53,253 nucleotides of DNA from Polyangiales bacterium (GTDB lineage: Bacteria > Myxococcota_A > Polyangia > Polyangiales > Houyiibacteriaceae). Of this stretch, positions 10,498-20,349 are shown piece by piece (within the stretch, counting starts at the first letter, position 1; every line of letters starts with the position of its first letter). Where the stretch lies: assembly GCA_047619315.1 (NCBI GenBank), contig JBLHKB010000002.1, forward strand, positions 1 through 53,253, given 5' to 3'. The position numbers were made by a program, and so were the translations under genes. Below the pieces are notes generated by a model. It saw only the letters and a list, made by a program, of their open reading frames with translations. It searched no databases and had not been told where the DNA came from.

Positions 10498-10506
10498 GGA
10501 GAGACG

Positions 10507-10761
10507 ATGGGAACCAAACGACGACTGAAGAAGCTTGAGAAGGCTGTGGCTCGATTGCCCCAGGAGAAAGCGCTCATCGACCGCATCGTGGAGCTCAGCG
10601 CTGAACGCGTGGAGGAGAAAGTCCGCGAACAGCTCCGCGACGCCACGGAGCGAATCGTTCGTCAGGTTGGGGAAGAGCTCGACCGACGGCTTCCACGTGA
10701 GGCGGACGTTCGCGGGGTTCTCGCCGAGGTCATGCGCGAGGTCCTGCAGAGCAAGACGTGA
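10507..10761 (+). CDS. Small helical hypothetical protein
   Basis: GAGGAG SD before ATG; its stop overlaps the next GTG (GTGA). Confidence 0.7.
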   Translation: MGTKRRLKKLEKAVARLPQEKALIDRIVELSAERVEEKVREQLRDATERIVRQVGEELDRRLPREADVRGVLAEVMREVLQSKT

Positions 10762-11771
10762 GTCGTCGCGGTATTATTCGTGCGACGCACGAGGAGCATC
10801 AATGGACGTTTCGTCTCGATCATGATGACGGACCGGCCTTTGCGCGGGTCGGGCCCTGGCGATTGACGCATTTGGAGAGCGCCGCGCCGTAGTTACGTGA
10901 CCTGAAAGTGGCCCTGGCCGAGGCGCCAGAGGCAGCCGAGCGTGAAGACCGCGTCGCGGAGTTCGTGGGGGCGGCGCTCTCCAGCGTGGCCGCCCTCTGC
11001 CTCAGCACGCGCTGGCAAGATGAAGAGTTCCCGTGGCCCGCGTGGCCTGAGGAACTTCGCCTCGGCTTCCCGTCTTCGGGCGCGCTCTGGCCGGCGGACT
11101 TCGAACTTTGGGGCTCTGGCTTGGCACTCGACGCGTCGTGAAGCGCGACTCGCTCACGACAGACGCGAAGCACGCGCGCATCGCATGGTGGCGCAGCTCA
11201 GGGCTCGCGGTCGCCGAGGTGGAAGGTGTTGTCTTGGGGGCGCTGGACGAGGTGACCCTCGGCGAGGCGGTGGCGGCTCAACGTGCACTCGCGACGGAAG
11301 AGGATGCGGCATCTGGCTACTTTGGCGACGCGCTGGGCTACCCCCCTTGCTGCGTTCGTGCCTACTTGACGCTGGGGGCGCGAGACGATGCGGCCATGCT
11401 CGACGCCCGTCTCGGCGTGGAAGCCGGGCCGCCGGAAAACGGTTTCCTCATCGGGCCGCTGGCGGTCATTTCTCACACGCCCTGCTCTGCGCACTGTCAG
11501 GGCAGCGTCCTGCTCGCGCGTCGACTGCTCGGAGCCATGGACGCGAGATCACCAGGTTTCGAGGCGCGTTGGCGCCGAGTCGCGACCGGTGTGTGGGGCT
11601 CGATGCGGCGGGGAGCGCGTGGGTTTTTGGCGGCGACGCAACGGTGAGTCGCGCGTATCGGCTCGATGGCGGAGTTCGAGAGCGGCCAGACTTCCGCGGC
11701 GAAGCACTCGACGCTTCGGGACCGGCCTCCCTGGACTTGACGTTTCATGCCGATCACCGAAGAAACACGGG

Positions 11772-11775
<4 letters not shown>
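10758..11775 (+). pseudogene. Disrupted DUF483-like Cys-motif protein
   Basis: GTG overlaps the upstream stop; in-frame TAG 10890-10892; frameshifts near 11108 and 11597; LGYPPCCVRAY...SHTPCSAHC; final TGA 11773-11775 overlaps the next GTG. Confidence 0.65.
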
Positions 11776-13156
<1,381 letters not shown>

Positions 13157-13157
<1 letters not shown>

Positions 13158-14236
13158 TGTTCGCGCGTTTGCGATCGACGACGTTTTTGGGGGTGGCCTT
13201 GCTCCTCGTGTCGTGTCTTCGCCCGTCGGAGCACCACGAGCGTCTCGACGAACGTGTGGGGATGGCCGAGGTGGAGGGGCTCCGCATCGACAGCGACGGG
13301 TCCCTAGCGATTCGCTCCGTCACGCCCCAGGAGATCGTACTTTGGGCGGGCACGCCACGGCTTCGCCTGAGCATCGAGGGCATCACCGTGCCTCTGCGCC
13401 TCCGGGTCATGAACACCCTCCCCGATTCGTTGCTCGTCGCTGGCGGGACGCTCGTCGCTCGAGAGAACGGACGGCGCCGCACGGAAGGTCTCTGGACGCT
13501 GGACCCGTCGATGAGCGGCGAGGAGCTCATCATCGAGAGCGCCGACGCCGAACTTCCCATCGCGCACGCGGTGGCAGTCCTCAGCGACATCCAAGAAGCC
13601 GTCGACAATATGGCGGATATCGTGGACCGACTAAACCAAGACGAGATTCGTTATGTGGTCTCGACGGGTGACCTCACCAACAACGGAACTCGCGAAGAGA
13701 TCATTCGTTTTCAGCTGGAGCTTGAGCGGCTCGATGTGCCCTTCTATTCCACGGTGGGCAATCATGAGACGCCCGGCCCGGAAAATTGGCACGAGTACTT
13801 TGGCCCTTTCAGTGGCTTCTTTACCCAGCACGGCGTCGCCGTCTCCCTCGTCGATTCGTCCAACGCCACCATCGACCCAGACCTCCATGCGCGCATGCTC
13901 GAATTCGCCAACACGAACGTGGAGACGCTCCATCTTTTCCTTACACACACGCCTCTCCTCGATGCGTCTGGGTTTCGCTCCGGCGCCTTTCGTTCGCGCA
14001 ACGAAGCGGCCCGTATCATCCAAGAGCTGAGCGCACGCCGTGTCGACGCCATCTTCTTTGGACACGTGCACTCCTACTACGCGTACTCGCTCGGTGACGT
14101 CCCGACCTACATCAGCGGAGGTGGCGGCGCGATCCAAGAGCGTCTCGATGGCATCGAACGTCACTACCTGCGGGTGAACCTGGTTCCGGACGCCGAAAGT
14201 CCCATCGACGGAGTCACGCTCATCCGCGTGGACTAG
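13157..14236 (+). CDS. Metallophosphoesterase (calcineurin-like) lipoprotein
   Basis: Lipobox LLVSC; SDIQ, TGDL, GNHE, THTP and GHVH motifs; ATG overlaps the upstream TGA. Confidence 0.9.
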
Positions 14237-14997
14237 GCGCAGCTGCATTAGCGAAGGCACCATCCGCGTCGAGGGTGACGCGGCTCCCATCGGTCCTGTC
14301 GACGTCCCCCACAACGAAGAGCGCAGGGACTCCGCGCTCCTTCAACTCTCATAGCTTCCGGCGGTGTCCGCGCCGCGGGCGTCCTCCCCCTGGGCGCTCC
14401 TACGACGTCGGGCCAGCGCCGAGCGCCAGCGCTCGACGTCTTTGTCGAGCTCCCCTTGGTAACCGTCGTAGACGACGACGCCAACTGGCACCGGGACGCC
14501 GCACGCGAGAACCCTTGCTAGTCGCTCGGCTTTGCCGCCAGCTCGCTCATCGGCAAAGCGAAGAGGTCGCAGGAGAGCGCAGGAGAGCGCAGGAGAGCGC
14601 AGGAGAGCGCAGGAGAGCGCAGGAGAGCGCAGGAGAGCGCAGGAGAGCGCAGGAGAGCGCAGGAGAGCGCAGGAGAGCGCGGGCGCTCGATGAATGAGTC
14701 GGCCACGACAAGCCTCGCAAAGGACGCGAAGAAGGCGCCGACGGCGGCGCTGTGGAGTCCGCCAGAGCCTTGGCCAAAGAGCCCGACGAGGGCGAGAAGG
14801 CGCAACGAGGCCACCGCGCAGACCAGGACCGCCGCCGCCGCCTAGCGCGTTCTCCGCTGCGGGAATCGCTGGTCTGCAGCGCGCCGGAGACGTTGAAGGC
14901 CGAGAGGAAGCGCCAGCAGTCCAAGAAGCAGAATCCGCAGGAGCAGGTCGGCGGCGAGGCCCAGGACGATGGGGCTCGGCAGCCCGAAGACGTTCAT
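14220..14997 (-). pseudogene. Remnant of a membrane-anchored PEP-utilising (PEP synthase/RPH-like) enzyme
   Basis: ATG overlaps the upstream stop (ATGA); three hydrophobic segments with TAG at 14842-14844; out-of-frame 10-bp repeat; GGKAERLARVLACGVPVPVG and RSAQGED...AGSYES (ATP-grasp N-domain), then in another frame KERGVPALFVVG...DGSRVTLDADG (end of the mobile His domain). Confidence 0.7.
14571..14680. repeat. Perfect 10-bp tandem repeat (AGGAGAGCGC)x11
   Basis: Read directly. Confidence 0.97.
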
Positions 14998-17777
14998 GGC
15001 TCGAGGGCTCGGCGGAGCGATTTTTCGAGGGGCGTGCTTTCATCGCCGACAAGCCGCGGCGGCTCGGACAAATGAAGCATGGGGTTCGCCATCCAGCGAA
15101 TGCGCCCCGAGGAATTCGGCGCAGAGGTGTGGAGCAAGAGCGAAGAGCAAATGTAGACGTCACCGGCCGCGCCATACACCTGTGTAAAATCCTCACGTCC
15201 GTCTGCAATGGATCGGACCAGCGATGCGTCACTGAGGTCGACTCCTTCTGGGTGTTGATCGAGGTGGCGAGCGACCAAATCCACGCTTCCCTCAAGTAGA
15301 AGTGTGCCTCCCTCGCCCTTCGCACAGTCACTAAAGAGCATTACGAGAACGAGTCCGTTCCGCAGCGTTTCGAGGGACATCGCGGCGCTCGGGTCATCGA
15401 CGTGCCAACCGTGAGCATCGGACGCACGAGCCACAAGACCATGGTCTTCACGCAGGTTCAAAACGAAGTAGTCGCTGAGCTTTTTGGTTTCGAGGGACGG
15501 CCCAGCGATGTTCTGGAGCACCCCCCATAGCTTCGGCGAGAACGACTCGTACGTCAGATGGCGCTGCGCCAGCAGCTCGATTCGCTCCCAGGTCCACGTG
15601 CTTGGATCGCGGCCGTCAAAGCCCCACAGCGGTGGCGACGACGGGTGGTAGCCCTTCACGAACACGTCCGGCTGTGCGCGAACGCGAGCCGTGGCAGAAC
15701 GGACCCACTCCAAAGCGAGGTCCCTCGAGAAGCCACCGCGCAGGACGCAGTAGCCGTGTTTCACAAAGTGGTCGCCGAGCGCCTGCGTCTGAGTCGAGGT
15801 GAGCGGCGCATCGATAGCAGAACCCAAGGCTCCGGTGGGTCCACTCACCACTTCGACGCCGGACGCTTTAGATCCGGGCGCTTCGAGACCGAGGACCGCA
15901 CGCAGGCGCTCGCGTTCACCGTCCGCGATACTCGCCTGATTGGGCGCGCCGGCGCGGGGCCGCTGCACAAAACGACGAAGAGGCCCGCGCGGTGTTGTCG
16001 CGACGTAGCTCATGCATGTCGAAGAGCGATTGGCGCCGAGCATCGCGAGGGCTTCACGCAGGATGTGCGCGTCGGTGACGGGACCCTCCAGCTGCCGCCG
16101 CGCGTCGCTCAGGAGCCCCGGCGCTTGCTCGCGTAGGCGGTTTAGCATCGATACGCCAAGGCGTTCGTCGCCCGTCGCGTGAGCCAAGAGCGCCAAGTTG
16201 AGGCTCGCGCTGATGCGCGCGGGGTGAAGCTGCAAAGCCTGGACAAGCGCCTCTTTTGCTTCGACGTGACGTCCCAGGAGCCGCAGCGCTTCGCCGCGGT
16301 GGATGTGGACGCTGCCGCCGATGGTTCCACCCATGGCGCGAATACCATCGTCGTTGAGTCGAAGCGCCTCCTCGGCATCTCCTCGCTGAAGCGCGAGGGC
16401 GGAAAGTCCGATGTAGGCCCAGCGCGTTCGAGGGTCCTCTGCGATTGCCGCATCAAGTTCAGTGCTCGCCTCGTCGTAGTGGCCGAGCCACATCAAAAGC
16501 TCTCCCCGGTGGGCACGCATCAGGGCCCCGCCCCAGCCATGAGCTTTCGCGTCCTCATCGAAAGTCGCGAGGGCTCCATCCCCGAGAACGACGATGCGCT
16601 CGATGGCGCGGCGAAGTCCGCTTCGAGCGCCCGTGAAGACGAGCTCCGGCGGCATGCTCCGGCGGCGGCCAAGCTTCTTGAGCACCACGCTTGTCAGAGA
16701 CGCGACGGACTCTGCGTGCGGACCGGCGAAGACTTCGTCGACGCGCGACGCTTCGCCAAAGTGCCGAAGGACCGCCTCCACCTCTCGAAAGCGATGCGCG
16801 CCGAGGGTTTGGCCGCGCTCGACGGTGGAGACCGCGAGGAAAAGACGCTGCAGCGCGAGCGTCCCGGCCAGAGCGCCGCCATGCAGCCGCGAGCGATGAA
16901 GCACAGCGCGCGCATCTTCGAAACGCTCCTGACGCAGGTAGAGTTCGGCCCACCAGGAGAGAAGGAACGGGCTCACTTCGTTCTTCGACGCGCGCGCAAA
17001 GATCCGCTCAGCGCTTGCTTCATCTCCGGTTTCGAGAGCCAGGGCGCCGAGCACCACCTGAGCTTCCTGGCCCTTCCCTTCGAAGTCGCGTACCTGCGCG
17101 CACCATTCTCGCGCGCGCACATCGTCGCCATCTTCGAAGGCGATGCGTGCGAGTTGAGCGCGGGCGGGGTCTGCGATGTCGAGAGCCTTGGACTTCGCGC
17201 AGTGTTCGAGTTGTGGACGCGCATCTCCCCCCAGCGCACGCAACGCGAGCGCGCAGCGGCGCCCCAGATCGCTGGCGAGGAGCGGAAGGCCCTCAAGCGA
17301 TCGGCGTGCACGCGCCTGCTGTTCAGGGGGCGCCGCGGACGCAAAGAGCAGCGCTAACTCGGCATCATCCGGCGAGCTCTTCAGAGCGTCTGCGGCGATC
17401 TCCATGGCGCGCCGCGTATGACCGCCTCGTGCATAGAGGTCCGCGGCGGAGCGGCGGTATAACGCGGAGGCATCTGGGGATTCGAGAATGCGAAGCGCGT
17501 CGAGGGTCCATCCCAGCTCTTGGGCGAGTCGCAGGCACAAGCTCGCCGCGACGCCACTCTCCGTGAGGACATCAAGGCCTTCGCCGTAAGCGCCGGCGGC
17601 GAAAAGCAGGTGACCCGCCACACGGTCACGCGTCGCGCCGCGACCGCGGCGCGCGTCGTCTTGGGCGGCGTCGAGTCGGCCTTCTTCCAAGCGTGCCAGC
17701 GACCGAAGCAGAAATTCGAGGGGCTGCGAACACGGCGCGTCGGCGTCCGCTTCGTAGCGAGCCATGGCGTTTCTCAT
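14994..17777 (-). CDS. TPR-repeat protein fused to a C-terminal PhyH-like Fe(II)/2-oxoglutarate dioxygenase domain
   Basis: TPR-like units (HRGELLMWLGHYDEA, HRGEALRLLGRHVEA); FVKHGYCVLRG, WHVDD (HxD), GGTLLLEGS, AGDVYICSSLLLHTSAPN...RWMAN. Start 17777 chosen from an ATGA overlap. Confidence 0.85.
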   Translation of the reverse strand: MRNAMARYEADADAPCSQPLEFLLRSLARLEEGRLDAAQDDARRGRGATRDRVAGHLLFAAGAYGEGLDVLTESGVAASLCLRLAQELGWTLDALRILESPDASALYRRSAADLYARGGHTRRAMEIAADALKSSPDDAELALLFASAAPPEQQARARRSLEGLPLLASDLGRRCALALRALGGDARPQLEHCAKSKALDIADPARAQLARIAFEDGDDVRAREWCAQVRDFEGKGQEAQVVLGALALETGDEASAERIFARASKNEVSPFLLSWWAELYLRQERFEDARAVLHRSRLHGGALAGTLALQRLFLAVSTVERGQTLGAHRFREVEAVLRHFGEASRVDEVFAGPHAESVASLTSVVLKKLGRRRSMPPELVFTGARSGLRRAIERIVVLGDGALATFDEDAKAHGWGGALMRAHRGELLMWLGHYDEASTELDAAIAEDPRTRWAYIGLSALALQRGDAEEALRLNDDGIRAMGGTIGGSVHIHRGEALRLLGRHVEAKEALVQALQLHPARISASLNLALLAHATGDERLGVSMLNRLREQAPGLLSDARRQLEGPVTDAHILREALAMLGANRSSTCMSYVATTPRGPLRRFVQRPRAGAPNQASIADGERERLRAVLGLEAPGSKASGVEVVSGPTGALGSAIDAPLTSTQTQALGDHFVKHGYCVLRGGFSRDLALEWVRSATARVRAQPDVFVKGYHPSSPPLWGFDGRDPSTWTWERIELLAQRHLTYESFSPKLWGVLQNIAGPSLETKKLSDYFVLNLREDHGLVARASDAHGWHVDDPSAAMSLETLRNGLVLVMLFSDCAKGEGGTLLLEGSVDLVARHLDQHPEGVDLSDASLVRSIADGREDFTQVYGAAGDVYICSSLLLHTSAPNSSGRIRWMANPMLHLSEPPRLVGDESTPLEKSLRRALEP

Positions 17778-17786
17778 CGCTTCGCG

Positions 17787-17830
17787 CTGCCTAGCCCGCA
17801 CGAGTCACCTGCCTAGTCCGCACGAGTCAC
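17787..17830. repeat. 22-bp tandem duplication (1 mismatch)
   Basis: ctgcctagcccgcacgagtcac / ctgcctagtccgcacgagtcac. Confidence 0.9.
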
Positions 17831-18236
17831 CATGGGTCGCAATGATCACGTAAGCTCTCGGGATACTTGAGTTTTTTCTCGAAGGGGAGAATTCAGACGG
17901 CACTTGAGCGACGAGAGCTCGCTCGAGCATCCCGTAGGGCTTTGCGACGACGCGGCAGCGCACGACGAATTTGGGCGAGGGCTGAGCACGGTAGAAACAT
18001 AACGCAGGCGGCGCTGTGGTGGTGTGACCTTTGCGCGCGAGCAGTTCGACTTGATCGTCGTGGGCGGTGGCCCCGCTAAGAGTGCCGCGGCGGCCGCGGC
18101 GGCCGTGGCGGCCCGAGGCGGAGCCCGAGTGCTGCCCCTTGAAGCGGCGCGAAGCGTAGACCCAGAGCGTAGAAGGACTGAGCGCGCGCTTCGTCGATGA
18201 GCGCTGCGTTGGTCTCAAGAACTACCCGCGCGCCTT

Positions 18237-18279
<43 letters not shown>

Positions 18280-18464
18280 CGAATCCAAGTCACCGCATGG
18301 TGGGCTCGCCTCCGCTAAGCACGATTTCCTTCGGCGCGGCGAGGACGGCTTCCTCGACGTCCTCAGCGGCTTTTGCCAAAGACCGCGGTAGACTCCTTGG
18401 TGCGGCGGGACCTACCAGCAACCTTGGTTGCAGCGCTCGGCGACGAGCACCCACAGCGTCGTGG

Positions 18465-20255
18465 TCATTCGGAGTCTTCGGCGCCTTCTATGGGCTGCGC
18501 ATCTTCGATAGGCTGCATCATGTCGAATCCGTAGCTTCGTACGTGGCTCACGTGGACGCCTTCGCAATCGTCTACGTAGCGGCATGGCTCGCATCGGAGC
18601 GACTTCGTCCGGTAGCGGGACTCGATGTAGCGACGAATAAAGCGGAAGGCCTCGAGCTTTCCGTCTGGCTCGAGCATGGCGGCGTCCATGGTTTTCGCCT
18701 CCGCTTCATACGCCGCTCCGGCCACGCAGCGCGGAAGACCGCGGATCGGAGCCTTGGCCCCGAACTCAGCAAAGAAGGGAACGAGCTCGACGTCGTGGTC
18801 ACGAGCATCCGTCGCGCGCTCCCACGTAGGCTGAAAGAGCGCCAAACGCGCGAGCTCCGGCGCGTCGTCCGCCAGGGACAAGAGCCAAGGCGCCGTCTCT
18901 TTGGTCAGCGCAAGTCCGACGCGAAAGCTCGCCTCCATCGCGAGCAGGTGCTGCGCCGCCTCCGGGCGGAAGACGTCGATGCGGACGATGTTCTTCTGCG
19001 CGGCGTTCAAGCGCGCGTAGTGGTCGTCAAAGTCAGAGACTTCCTGCAGTTCGAACTCCAGCTCGCCGTTTTCGCCGAGGGAGTCCGTGTATGTCTGGAC
19101 GTGGGCCCATGCGGCGGCGAGGTCCTTCGCCACGACGCGCAGGCGCGTCGCGCCGGCACTCTTCGCGAGCGCTGCGGGCTCTTCATACTTGAGCTTCACC
19201 ATCGGCAAGCGGCGCTTCTTCGCGCTCGCTGGGTCGCCGCCGTAAACCGGCGCCTGCTGGCCTTCCCATTCGGCGTCGACGCGGAGGACTTCAAACTCCG
19301 GCGCGAGCAAGGTCTTCTGCGTCGCTTCAAACGTATCGCAGACATGCTCTAGGTAGCAGTGCTTGCAGCGACGCGGGTCGCGACAATCAAGGGCTTCGCC
19401 GCTGTCGATCCAACGCGCGTATTCTTCTTTGCGACCACGGATCTCGTCGTTGAGCTTGTATGGGTCTTGAATGAGTGTGTGAAAGCCCTCGAGGTGCTCG
19501 ACGGGAAAGCGGTTGAGCCAGATGTGAACGTCTTCGCGCTTGGCCCAGCTGAACGCCGCCACCAAGTGCTCACGCGCGTCTTTGAGGTCGTAGAAGAGGA
19601 CCTCTTTGCCGTCTCGCCAGGCGTTGCCAAAGGGGATGACGTGAAGAAGGTCGAACTCTTTGACGCCCTTCGCGTAGAGCCCTTCGATCATCGCCGGCAG
19701 GTGTTTGACGTTGCCGCGGTTGACGCAGATATCGACGTTGATGATGGGGCGACCATCCGAGAAGGCGTTCTCGAGGCCTTGGATCTCTTCTTCGTACGCG
19801 CCCTTCACGCCAACGAGGGCGTCGTGCACTTTGGCGTTCGGACCATGAATGGAGAAGGTGATCTCCTGGAGCCCCTCGTCGAGACACTTGGTCAAGAAAG
19901 GCTTGTACTTGAACATCCGGCCGTTGGTGACGGTCTGCACGCGATCGTAGCCCGCGAGGCGACCGAGCCGGACGAAGTCTGCGAAGCGCGGATGGATCGT
20001 GGGCTCACCACCGGACAGAATGAGGCGCTCAGCGCCTTTGCGGCGGCCGTCGAGTATCTGCGCTTTGACTTCGTTGACGTCGCGATTCGTTCCGTCATGG
20101 GCATCGCTGTCGAGGCAGAAGATGCAGCGGTCGTTGCAATCGAAGGTCAGTCGCACCCAGTTGCGCTTCTGATGCGCCGCCGCTTCGTGCTCGTCGACCT
20201 TGGTATCCGCCCAGGAGCCTCCGTCCGCCAGCGCTCGTTGTTCTTCCGTGAGCAT
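18465..20255 (-). CDS. Radical SAM protein (HxsC-type) with two Cys-rich auxiliary modules
   Basis: CNDRCIFC, SGGEPT, VTNGR, SIHG..VHD; CKHCYLEHVC internally and LPRC...CEPCRYVDDCEG at the C-terminus. Start MLTEEQ supported by a TAACCT box. Confidence 0.9.
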   Translation of the reverse strand: MLTEEQRALADGGSWADTKVDEHEAAAHQKRNWVRLTFDCNDRCIFCLDSDAHDGTNRDVNEVKAQILDGRRKGAERLILSGGEPTIHPRFADFVRLGRLAGYDRVQTVTNGRMFKYKPFLTKCLDEGLQEITFSIHGPNAKVHDALVGVKGAYEEEIQGLENAFSDGRPIINVDICVNRGNVKHLPAMIEGLYAKGVKEFDLLHVIPFGNAWRDGKEVLFYDLKDAREHLVAAFSWAKREDVHIWLNRFPVEHLEGFHTLIQDPYKLNDEIRGRKEEYARWIDSGEALDCRDPRRCKHCYLEHVCDTFEATQKTLLAPEFEVLRVDAEWEGQQAPVYGGDPASAKKRRLPMVKLKYEEPAALAKSAGATRLRVVAKDLAAAWAHVQTYTDSLGENGELEFELQEVSDFDDHYARLNAAQKNIVRIDVFRPEAAQHLLAMEASFRVGLALTKETAPWLLSLADDAPELARLALFQPTWERATDARDHDVELVPFFAEFGAKAPIRGLPRCVAGAAYEAEAKTMDAAMLEPDGKLEAFRFIRRYIESRYRTKSLRCEPCRYVDDCEGVHVSHVRSYGFDMMQPIEDAQPIEGAEDSE

Positions 20256-20349
20256 GGCCGACAGGTTAGCAGCTTGGGCGCAAAGGTGCGCTTCGCCGTG
20301 CGAAATTGCGTTCAGTCTCCCTCCTCTGAAGCTGCTATGCTGCTCATCT
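20256..20349. promoter_or_regulatory. Divergent promoter region with two extended -10 boxes
   Basis: Minus strand TGC-TAACCT (20263-20268) 7 nt before ATG 20255; plus strand TGC-TATGCT (20336-20341) 8 nt before ATG 20350. Confidence 0.6.

Noticed and set aside
14571-14680. Tandem repeats (10-bp, 18-bp, 102-bp) as CRISPR arrays
   Set aside because: No unique spacers and no cas genes.
14342-15331. 329-aa ORF as an intact gene
   Set aside because: Its first part overlaps the dioxygenase gene out of frame; only the last 75 aa or so are real PEP-domain sequence.
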